Below are positions 11,800 through 22,248 of a stretch of 39,663 nucleotides of DNA, one piece after another. The DNA comes from Octopus bimaculoides. Its lineage: Eukaryota. Every line of letters starts with the position of its first letter. The stretch's first letter is position 1. The notes below the pieces were generated by a model. It made no database searches. It saw only the letters and a list, made by a program, of their open reading frames with translations, and was not told the origin of the DNA. The position numbers were made by a program, and so were the translations under genes. Location: NCBI RefSeq assembly GCF_001194135.2, contig NC_068983.1, forward strand, positions 94,644,347 through 94,684,009. Direction: 5' to 3'.

Positions 11800-12855
11800 C
11801 CTTGTGTGATAACATTAAATATATGCCCAAAGAAGCTGCATGACTTTACCACAATGTATCATCAGATGAAAGGATGTGTATATCAGCAGAATACGCAGAG
11901 ATATGTTAGTAGAAAACTCCAAGATAATAGTAACATTGATCATTGAAGCAGGCTATTATGACCAACAACCAGATTACTACCTCCCACTTTGAAGGGTATG
12001 AGTTTGCAATCCAGGAACAAGAAATATTAACCAAATACCTGATGCACAAAAGGGACAGAGATGCAAGAAAAGCAGTAAAATGTGACGACTGATGCAGACA
12101 TTGTGGAGTTAACACCGAAGATTATCACCCCCATCATAAGCAGTTGTCCAGAAATGTCATCACAGTATTATCTACCAATGAGACATACTGCATAATGAGA
12201 TCTGTTGGAAGGATAACCCCCAAGGACAAAGAAATAAGAACCCACAGGATGGGGAAGCCATAGTCACTCATAATAAAAAGTAGTACTGGTGGAATGTCCC
12301 ACTGAAAACCTCAATAAAATGTAAACACAATAGACCTGATATGAGTTGGGATAGAGAAGAGAAACTGTGTACAGTTGTAGAAATCAGCTGCCCAACGAAT
12401 TTTAACAAAGCTAAAGATAAGTGAAAAAGAAAATACCTATGTTGAACTGTTGAGAAATTTGCAGTTACTCTATCCAGATTACAAGTTCAGGTTTATACCT
12501 GTAATTATTGGAGCCCTGGAGTATGTAACACTGCCTAAATACCAATATTGAGAAATTAGGCTTCTCAAAACCAGAAAGGAGAAAGCTGATTCAAAGACTA
12601 CAGATCCAATCCATCACTGGAACTATCAAGTTTATCATTTAAGTATATGTGAGCATGTCTAGATATGCAACTATATGTATGAGAATACATACATAAAACA
12701 AAACATTCAAATTTGCACATATACATACATACAAAAATACTGTTGATGTTGAAATTCCAATGAAGGAATCTTGGATCTAAGTTAGAAACTGGTTCTTTCT
12801 CTAATGGCAAGAAATCTTGAAATAAACTGAATAATGACAAACATACATACATACA
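11800..12855 (+). mobile_element. 5'-truncated, decayed R4/Dong-like non-LTR retrotransposon with CCHC knuckle, RLE endonuclease, 3' UTR and (CATA)n tail
   Basis: Frameshifted translation: TSHFEGYEFAIQEQEILTKYL...CRHCG...IISSCPEMSSQYYLPMRH...RPD..WDREEKLCTVVEISCP...YVELLRNLQLLYPDYKFRFIPVIIGAL, followed by a non-coding tail ending in acatacatacatac. Confidence 0.8.
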
Positions 12856-12861
12856 CACACA

Positions 12862-13262
12862 CACTGAAGATATCACCTACATCATAAGCAGATGTCTGAA
12901 AATGTCATCACATTTTATCTACCGATGAAACATGTTATACCAAAGACACTACACAATAAGATCTATCAGAAGGATAACTCCGAGGCCAAAGAAATAAGAT
13001 CCCACAGTACGGTAGAAGCCATAGCCACTCAAAATAAGGAGTATGGGTGGAATGTCCTGGTGAAAACCTCGATAAAATGTAAACATAACAGGCCTGACAG
13101 TGATTTAGAATAGAGAAGAGAAACTGTAAAGTTGAGGAAATCAGCTGTCCAGCAGATGTTAACATAAAAGCTAAAGACCAGTGAAAAAGAAAATATCTAT
13201 GCTGAACTATTGAGAAATCTAGCTATTCTGTCCAAATTACAAATTCAAGTTTATAATTACAG
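12862..13262 (+). mobile_element. Second, more diverged copy of the same RLE retrotransposon C-terminus
   Basis: TEDITYIISRC...YLPMKHVIPKTLHNKI...KCKHNRPD...EISCPADVNI...YAELLRNL; collinear with 12115-12500. Confidence 0.8.
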
Positions 13263-13444
13263 CTTCTATTTTCATTTAAGACTTTTTCATTTGAACACTT
13301 AATTGCCATTTCCTTCCTATACCCCTTACACTATGTAAATATGTATTAAACCAGAAGTGTGTATGCATATGTGTGTGCATGCATGTATGGGTGGCTGAGG
13401 ATTGCCTCTGTCAAGGATTGAATTTCACAAGTTGCTCTTCATCT

Positions 13445-14205
13445 CCCTCTACAGACCTATGGATGAGGACAGCTGTGTGAAGAAGTACCATCTCTAACAG
13501 TGGAGGGAAGCTGTGGAAGAGGGAAACCAAGGAAGACATGGGATGAGATGGTGAAGCATGATCTTTGAATGTTGAGCCTCAGAGCAATGACTAGTAATCG
13601 AGACCTTTGGCAATATGCTGGAGAAGACCCATCAGGCCAAGTGAAATCATAGTTCTAGCTGTTGTTGGTGTCACATAACTGAAACCTGTGCTGGTAGCAT
13701 GTAAAAATACCTTTTGTGATGAGAAGACCCATCAAGCCAAGTGAAAGCATAGTTGTGGCTGTTGTTAGTGTCACATAAGTGAAACCTGTGCTGGTAGCAT
13801 GTAAAAATACCTTTTGTGATGAGAAGACCCATCTAGCCAAGTGAAAGCATAGTTGTGGCTGTTGTGTTACATAACTGGCACCCATGCCAGTGGAATGTAA
13901 AGAGCACCTTTTGAGCATTGGGCCTCACAGAAGCAATAACAAATGACCAAGACCTTTGGCAATATGCTGTACTTGAGAAGATCCATCAAGCCAAGTGAAA
14001 TTGTAGTTGTGGCAGATACTGGTGTCATGCAACTGGCACCTATTATACTCTTGGAGTGGTTGGCATTAGAAAGGGCATCCAGCCATAGAAACCATGCCAA
14101 ATCAAACTGGAGTCTGGTGCAACCCCTCAGCTTACCAGCCCTGGTCAAACCATCCAACCCATGACAGTATGGACAATGGACATTACATGATGATGCTATA
14201 CATAT
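13445..14205 (+). mobile_element. RTE-type LINE 3' end with 100-bp tandem repeats and (GAT)n-type tail
   Basis: 13450-13620 encodes ..VEGSCGRGKPRKTWDEMVKHDL (typical RTE C-terminus). gagaagaccc recurs at 13621, 13721 and 13821. The tail gagtggttggcattagaaagggcatccagc...gtcaaaccatccaacccatg...atgatgatg is shared with 23440-23635. Confidence 0.75.
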
Positions 14206-14623
14206 ATCATCATCATTGTTTCAACATCCACTTTCCCCACACTAGTACAATTCAGACAGAATTTGTGGAGGCAGATTTTCTACAGCTGCATACCCTTTGT
14301 CACAAACCCTCATTTCCAAGCAAGGTGATATTTCCTTCTGGCTGGACATATTTTCATAGAAGATTGGAAATGAAGTACATTGCTTGTAAGACAAAAACAT
14401 TTGGTTACAACTATCAGTGTCAAAATAAGAGGACACTTACACACAGACACACACATATTTTCCTTGTAAAAGTTAGATGTTAAATTGTTTATCCTACTGT
14501 GGGACACCTTTGTCTTCTACTATAGCTGCAGGCCAACTAGGGCCCTGGGAGTAACTTTTGACAGGTGGAAATTGGAAGAAGACTGTGTGTGTGTGTGTGT
14601 GTGTAGCATACATTATATATATA

Positions 14624-15717
14624 TGTAGTGAAACTACCTCCCGCCATTAGATACAAACTACTATCGCCATTACATACAATCTTCTCATTTAAATATAAAT
14701 AAATGCGAGCGTAGTAGAGAACCCATTCCTTGTCCATCACGTGACTGATCATTATTCGAATCGGCAACTTCTTCGAACCTTTCCCGCCAGAACGCAAACT
14801 GACCAATCACGGCCCCTAATAAGGTCACGTGATAGAGTATATTTCTACCATCTGGTGAGCCAATAATTTGTTATAAATAGCTTTAACTCGGCAGCCAAAT
14901 TTGTCTCGGTCCAGTTTCTCTTTGAGAACTGTTCCGTGTACCACACGACAGCAGCAGCAGCCAGCGACCACTTCAGCAGCTTCGTCCAGCCACGATGACC
15001 TCCGCCGTCGCCACATCAGCAACAAGAGTCTACTACTACTATCCAGCATCATCATGACCAACACGATTAATACCAAGCACCCTCTACGCTACCAGCGTCA
15101 ACACGATTTACTATGTACACCAAACCAAACTCCGCGGCACATCTCTCTCTTCGATTCTGTTAGGTGACTTAGCTTCACCACAGTAAACAAACAGACAAGA
15201 GAACCACAGCCAGCGACGAACATCTGTATAAAAATAATCACGGCTAGGCATCGACGCCTCGACATCACAACTAGTGATCAGCTCTGCCAAACTCAGCCTC
15301 CCTCACTTTCACATACAGAACTTTTCCTATAGTGTACTAACGAACTGGTATAATTGTCCACGTGTTATTGACTCTCTTTCTCTCTGCTGTAATAACATAC
15401 ACACACATGTATCACTCACATACACACTTTTCTTTGTATGACGGCTTGTCTTTGATTATGTTCTTATATGTCGCATTCACACTCTCACACAGACATACAT
15501 CTTTAACGCTACAATAAATATACTCTGTTATTCATCTTATTTCGGTTGTGGTCTTTCATTACTGGTCATCTATGTTATCGACGTATAACATAATATATAT
15601 ATCATCTTTGATATATAATTGTATGTTCGACCGTGTGACTCGTGTAAATAAAAGGAGTCCTGTTTTTCCATTCGTCACCATTTCTCCTTTTATGAGTTTG
15701 CACGGTCGTCCCTTACA
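14624..15717 (+). mobile_element. Solo LTR 1 (1094 bp, Ty3/gypsy-like)
   Basis: Starts TGTAGTGAAAC, ends CTTACA, with 4-bp TSD TATA (14620-14623 and 15718-15721), CCAAT 14803, GGTCACGTGA 14823, TATAAAT 14872 and AATAAA about 15646. The TSD lies in a TA run, so it is weak evidence alone. Confidence 0.8.
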
Positions 15718-16130
15718 TATATATATTGTATGTGTACCATTGACACAAGCCATATTTTTCCTTTCCAGTCCTCTGTAAAAAACATGTCTAGCCATGGGAA
15801 ATATTAGCTTGGAAGCAGGTGAGGGTTGGCAACTGTAAGGGCATCCTTCCATAGAAAAGATACCTTAACAAATTATGTCTGATCCCAGTAGAGAAAAGTG
15901 GGTGTTAAATGATAGGTTGTTGTATCTTTGGATTACTATTTGGCCAATAGAAACACATGCACTGGTTTTCTTTTTCACTTTACTTTGTATTATTGCTTGT
16001 CAACTTAAGTGGCAAATTAGCAGAATTGTTAGACCAATGGAAAATCATTTTTTCTTACAACTCATATTCTAAGTTCAAATTCTGCCCCAAAATTTCAGGC
16101 CTTGTGCCTAGAGTAGAAAAAGTTCTTTAA

Positions 16131-16337
16131 GGTGGCGAGCTGGCAGAAACGTTAGCATGCCGGGCAAAATGCTTAGTGGTATTTTGTCTGTCTTTACATT
16201 CTGAGTTCAAATTCCGCCGAGGTTGACTTTGCCTTTCAGGGTCAATAAATTAAGTACCAGTTGCATACTTGGGTTGATCTAATCAACTGACCCCCTCTGC
16301 AAAAATTTTGGGCCTTGTGCCTAGAATAGAAAAGAAT
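16131..16337 (+). mobile_element. tRNA-derived SINE (second family), preceded by a partial duplicate at about 16065-16120
   Basis: A-box-like head ggtggcgagctggcag, B-box-like gagttcaaattcc, and tail ggccttgtgcctagaatagaaaag which also occurs at 16098-16120. Confidence 0.7.
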
Positions 16338-17127
16338 AGTTATGTCACATCCACTGGCTTTGTGCCAAAATTCAAAAGAATTGTTGTTAATCAACTAGTT
16401 AATTAATTAGCCAATCAACTAATCATTTGCTTGGATAATTGTTTGTCAGTCATTTTGCTATCATTTATGACTCCGTCAATGACATGCTTTAGTTACTTGG
16501 CAATCTCACTAGTACCTGTGGCACAAGAAAAGATCCAGTACACACTGAAAAAAAAAAATGGTTGGTGTTGGGAAGGGCATCCAGCTATAGAAACTATATC
16601 AGCATGGAGGATGGACATTAAATGATAACATTTATACTTTTAGGGACGTGTGAGAGTGAGAAATCTCAGTAATTGCATGTATGTGTATGTGCGCATACGT
16701 GTTTGCATTTAAGTGTGACTGCTTTGCATATGGAAACACATTTATGTGTTAGTGTCAATCAATACATGCAGATTTTAAATAGAAAGATAAACAGAAAGAA
16801 AGAAACTGAATAGAGGGAACAAATTAACTGAATATATACATACAGCTTTCCAAGAGCATAAACACCTCAGTATAATCATGAGTGTATGGATACATTTCAT
16901 TGGGTTTAAACTGGGAGGGGGGGGTCATTTGGTTATAGTGCAGATTGTATGCATGCACACAAGCATTAACATACTTGTACTTATTTCTCTATTTTAGAGT
17001 ATCCCAGCAGGTTACAGTTCTATAGCTGTATTCCTTTATCTCTCAAGAGAATCAAAAAGTATCCATGCATATAAGCATTTATGCTCACACATACAACTAC
17101 CCAAACACACATACTTATACACAGCTA

Positions 17128-18528
17128 GGGTCTTTACCCTAGCTGTGTATAAGTGGGATTGCACATAGAAAGTTACTTTTGATGATGGGATACATTAAAA
17201 GGGTAAAGACCCCCTTCGGTCATGAATGACCATGGGATTGCACCTAGAAATTTACCCTCCAAGGCACAAGTCTGGGCAAGGTTGTATGAAAGTCCAGAAG
17301 TCACCCATGTATACCAGCTTCCACTCTTCATACTACTGTAGTGAAACCTCTCTCTCGGACATTCAATCACAAATGATAACAAAGTGGCAAACATCTAGCC
17401 TTCGGCTGCCTTGGACCCTTGTGTCCACCTCCGATTGGTTCTTATTTGCGCAGCAATTGTCTACAGTTCTGTTTCGCGCCAGGGTGCATACCGTCCAATC
17501 GTGGCCTTCTAATAAGGTCACGTGAGAGAGTGTTTTTCTGCTGTTCCGGTGAGCCCCCATTCATCTATAAATTAGCCTGTTTGTCTTTGATTTCAGACCT
17601 CTTACAGAACACAGCTCCAGCCAGTTTCCAGCGACGACGTCATCACCACCAATGGACTGTCTACCACAATGTCGTAGCCAGCAACACCACCACCAGAGTA
17701 CACGCTAACAACAACAACCGCGGTTTTCATCTCAACACTATTTGAGTGGATTGTTTCCACCACGAAGTTTAACAGCCAGAACCAACCTGCAAGAATCTTC
17801 TGTACCAGGTAACCGGTCGCAGCATCAACGCTCAACTTCACACACAACATGTGGCACCACAGCTCTGCTCCTTGGCCACAAGTTCCTGAGTACAGACATT
17901 CAACTGTGTAACTCTTATACGAACTGGTATTTTCTCCATCTTTGTTCAGGACGCTTATAGTCTCTCACAGACTCTTATTCCATGTTCTGTATTTCTCTCT
18001 CACATACACACATATTGTTGTATACATACTCTTGTACAAGAAGGCCTGTCATACACATTGTATTGTTTATATGCCGCAGGCACGCACACACAGACACACT
18101 GTTCGCTATGTTAATAAACTTACTCTCTCTATATATAATTAACGGCTGTCTCTGTCACTCACTTTCTTGTTCCTTTAGTAGCACTTGGCTCACATCTCAC
18201 ATTGTGAGCCTTCATATGTCCATATTACATGTTTTTGTGGTTGACCGTGCGACACATTTAAAGGAGCCTCTCTTCGTTCATCGCCATCTCCTTTGGTTCG
18301 CACAGTCGATACCTACACTACTGATGGTATCCAAGGGAAAGACAAAGGCTGATACCAGCTTGGTACCAGTGATATTGCAACCGATTTCTACAGCTGAGTG
18401 AACTGGAGAAATGTGAAAAAGTGTTTTACTCAACAACACAACACAACACAGCCCGGTCTGGGAATTGAACTCACTACCACATGATTGTGAGCCCAAAACT
18501 CTAACCACTGAGCCATGTGCCTTCACAC
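17128..18528 (-). mobile_element. tRNA-derived SINE interrupted by solo LTR 2, with a 15-bp TSD
   Basis: A box TGGCTCAGTGG (18515-18505) and B box GAGTTCAATTCC (18472-18461). The body is collinear with 30197-30566 once 17337-18317 is removed. TSD acttatacacagcta at 17113-17127 and 18529-18543. Confidence 0.85.
17337..18317 (+). mobile_element. Solo LTR 2 (981 bp, related to LTR 1)
   Basis: TGTAG...CTACA inverted termini, 4-bp TSD CTAC (17333-17336 and 18318-18321), CCAAT 17495, GGTCACGTGA 17516, TATAAAT 17566; cleanly splits a SINE. Confidence 0.88.
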
Positions 18529-18970
18529 ACTTATACACAGCTACTTATATGTGTGAGTGTGTGTGTGTGTTTGTATATTTATATATGCACACATGCATGT
18601 GAACCCAGAATCCATATATATACACATATGTATAACTTCTGTCACACACACACACACATGTAAATACACACCCATTATTAAGTACAAATACAAATGGCTG
18701 AAGCTGGTTTTAGCAAATTCTTTAATGCATTTATCAAATACGAACTTCAACCTGGAGAGAACTATCTTCATGTCTGATCTCAATTTTTTTTTTTTTTGTA
18801 GGAAAGTAATAAATTTACTTTATCTTTTTACCAATAAACCAAACAAAAACAAAAAAACACAGTAACTAAAGAAGGTAATTCAATGGAAATATCTTTGTAA
18901 TTACTCAGTAATCATATTCTGGTTTGACATGCCAGGCTCAGAACATTTCCTATTGAAGGCTCAAATTCAG

Positions 18971-18980
18971 AAAAAAAAAA

Positions 18981-19021
<41 letters not shown>
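18971..19021. repeat. 51-nt poly(A) tract (one C)
   Basis: Seen directly. Confidence 0.95.
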
Positions 19022-19023
<2 letters not shown>

Positions 19024-19508
19024 GAGATTTATGAAATCAATTTTAAAACTGTTTCTCCAATAATAATTCCAAAACAAATTAGCTGAATATATACATATAG
19101 CTTTCCAAGGGCATAAGCATGCTTACATTTTAATAGCAATACATATATATTCATAAACTAAAAAAAACATTTTTTTAAAAATTAAACCTGTTTTTCCTCA
19201 CTATACACTAAAAGGATAATTATAGCAATATATACATAGTCATAAGCTAAAACTTAAAAATTAAACCTACTACATATATTTAAAAGGTTGTAATAGTTAC
19301 CTTGTACATGAGAAAATAAAAGAACTTGAAATCTGCTTCATTTCTGTAGTTATATAACCCTGTTTGTCTGATGTACACAGTATACTAACTGAACTTACAG
19401 ATATGATTCTTATGTATTTAGCTAACATTTCAATATATCTGACCATTTCTATGAGCACCATCACAAAGCAATTTTTCAAAAATGCTGGCATTGGTAAACA
19501 ATCTTATT

Positions 19509-19514
19509 TTTATT
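19509..19514 (-). promoter_or_regulatory. Candidate polyadenylation signal (AATAAA) for ZNF598
   Basis: TTTATT on the plus strand about 710 nt downstream of the stop, after U-rich minus-strand sequence. Hexamers are common in AT-rich DNA, so support is weak. Confidence 0.3.
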
Positions 19515-20222
19515 CAGTCTTACAACAACTGAAGTAATTGTTGTGAAGAGAAACATGAAGAAGTGAGCCCATTATAATAAATTTAGACTTTTGTACAACA
19601 CAGCTGGGCAAATATTAAGCAGCAGTGAAATTAGGATGGGAACAGAGTAAAGTTTTGTTGACCTCAATAGATTTTGAATAGTATAAAATTAGTTTCCTTC
19701 ATATCAGTTTATAAGAAATGTGAAGATATATCTCAAAATTTCACCTAATTTCAAGAAAGAGTCAAATATATAGCTGCAGATAGTTAAATGCATTGGATAT
19801 CCCAATTCAAGTGAGATGTTGACATCTTCAACAGCAAAAACAATTTAAAGCTGGTCTGCAGTGAAAATATATTTGGATTTGTTGAGTTATTTTCAAATAA
19901 TTTTATGTAAATTATAGAATGTAAAAAACAAAATATCTTCAGATAGAAACTCATTTCTACCTGACAGAAGAAATAAGCTCATACCTGGAAAGTAAATATC
20001 TAGAGAAATAAATATGAAGAAAAGAAAAGAAAAAAAAAGTCAAAATAGCTGACTTGGTTTTCTTGTTGGATGATGTCAAACAATGAAAACAAGGGAAAAG
20101 AACATTAAAAAAAAAAAAAAAATTATACACTCCCAACAACATCCTGAGTAATGTCTTATATCACAGATGATCATGGACAAAATTTCACTGTATCATTTTG
20201 AAGGTCTAAAAGCAAAACAATA

Positions 20223-22248
20223 TTATTTTGCTTTAACCAAACTAGTATTCTGAAAATTACCACATGACCATGAAGATGGCTCTCTAGAATCCCATGTGAA
20301 GTCACTATTTTGATGGTAGAGAGAAATGTGTGCCTTATAGTCAGATTGAGAAAGTACTTGTTGGCAGACATGGCAACTCTGGAGAAGGTTCTCCTTTGAT
20401 GTCCAAACGTGCTTTGAAGCAGTGTTAATTTGTGTGGAGGAGTTGTCTTGATGAACCCCAAATAAAGCCTGTTGCTTAGCAATATCTGGCAAAAGAGCAA
20501 TAAGTTCTTGAACAATATTAGGGAAGTTTTCAGACCCAAGTAAATCAAAACACTGGCGATAGTATTCTTGGGATGAGATTACACCATGACGGAAATCTTG
20601 AGATAATGATTTAAAAGTGTCAAAACGATTTTCATCATTGGAAAGAGCAGTGCGAATCTCAGTGATCAATTGTCGGTTACGTCCCACAAAATTTGAAGGG
20701 GGACAGTAATTAAATTTAAGGGTTGTATTTATTGGATGTTGACCAGTTAGTGCTTGTTGAAAGTTAGTAATTGCAGAATTTGACAATGAAAGGCCTGGTG
20801 GAGGTCGGGGCAGTAAAGATTTATAGGCTGAACTACTGTCTTTGTTGTTAGGAAAACCTGCAAAACCAGGAGGTGGTTTCACAGAAGTTTTTAAACCTGA
20901 TCCCTGTATAAGTTTGTCATTTTTGCAAAGAGCAGGGAAATCTTCTTCAGACAGTATATTTTGAACAGTAAATTCTTTGGGTCTAGCATCAAGCTGTTTG
21001 TTACTTGTGTTTTGCTTTGTGTCAGTTTTTACATCTGACTCTTCCCAGTTTTTACCTATTTTATCAGCCCTACCTTCATCCAACTCTGCTTTACCATTTA
21101 ACTGTATCACACAATCCACACAACTTTTACTATTCCCTCTTGAGCTATCAGAGTCGGAGGCAGCAGCACTACTTTCAGAAGAATCAGCAGCAGGCACAGG
21201 TTTCTTTACATCTTTAGTTGATGAATCACATGACACCTTTTCTGTAGAAGAACTTTTTTCTTTATTCTTTTTACTTTTCAACACAAGGCTCCCAGTAAAA
21301 GAATTTGATTTTTTTTCTTCTGAGTTTTTTACAGTAGGTTTTTTAATAGGCCAAGTAGCAACAGGGACATTGTTTTCTTGACTTTTCTTCTTATTTGTTA
21401 AGCTTGGGAAGTTTTCTTCACTATCTAATAATTTACTAACATCTTTCAATGTTACAACAGGTGATATATCATTTGCTTTAGCACTGGTTTGTTTATTATT
21501 ACTCTGTTGCTTATTACTGGCTTGTTTATTACTGGCCTGTTGCTTAGAATTATTAGTTTGTTGCTTAACACTGGCAGACTGTTTAGTACTGGACGCTTGC
21601 TTATTGCTGCTTTGCTCTTTGGCACTTGGTTGTTTCACATTGGTCTGCTGCTTAGTGTTGACAGACAGTGGCATTGTGTATGATAATAGACTTATATCAG
21701 TTGAATCACTATTCATATAATTGAATGTTGTTTGTTTTTGCTTTTTGGGTTGCTGCTTTGTATTTTTGGTCCATACATTTGGTTGTGTACCAGAGGCATG
21801 ATTGGCAGAATTATTTTTCTTATTTGAGGTTGCTAACTGAGGGAAGTCTTCTTCAAATAAAATAACTGGTTGTTTCTGTTTATGAGAGTTTGTCTCTTTC
21901 TTCTTACCATAGTAAATTTTAGGACTTGGTTTCACCTCAGCATTAACAGTTGATGAAGAGTTCGATGTTAATGATGGAAATTCTTCAACCATATTGTTAG
22001 CTAAGTTATGTGGATTTGATCGAGTAGCCCAACGGGTTTGGAATGTGCTTTGATCATTATTAACTCCAGTAGCAGATGGAAGGCTTGGAAAATCTTCATT
22101 CAAGCTTAATTTTAGTAAAGGCTTAGTAGAGCTGTTTTCAGACTTTTCCTTTCTGACAGTCTTTTCCCCTTCTGCTTTCATTAATGCTTGCTGATGTTGG
22201 ACCTCATCTTCTATAGAAGCTGCTATAGCTTTCTGTAAATCAGCATCT
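20223..22248 (-). CDS. ZNF598: ZNF598 large terminal coding exon (disordered middle, PPPG motifs, C-terminal helical domain and terminal zinc finger)
   Basis: Acceptor ttccctAG at 22250-22249, stop TAA at 20225-20223, 2026 nt open frame. Contains five (E/D/N)FPxL motifs, PPPGF and PPPGL, the C-terminal FKSLSQDFRHGVISSQEYY...ELIALLPDIAKQQAL domain and a CHVCQQVL...HISLYH finger as in ZNF598. Confidence 0.93.

Noticed and set aside
13621-13870. Regularly spaced repeats resembling a CRISPR array
   Set aside because: The whole 100-bp unit repeats with no unique spacers, there are no cas genes, and the context is a eukaryotic LINE tail.
14825-15167. ORFs with QQQQ, SSSS or RRRR runs in the LTRs (also 17419-17960)
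   Set aside because: Trinucleotide-rich R/U5 region of the LTRs; no splice context or recognisable domain.
14624-18317. One full-length LTR retrotransposon bounded by the two LTRs
   Set aside because: Different TSDs, substantial divergence, no gag/pol between them, and LTR 2 lies inside a SINE.
18440-18528. tRNA-like sequences (also about 30490-30566 and 35054-35125)
   Set aside because: A/B boxes are present but run into SINE bodies, with no complete cloverleaf or acceptor stem; these are SINE heads.
20977-21683. Plus-strand ORFs overlapping the large ZNF598 exon
   Set aside because: Antisense shadows of a low-complexity coding strand with no independent features.
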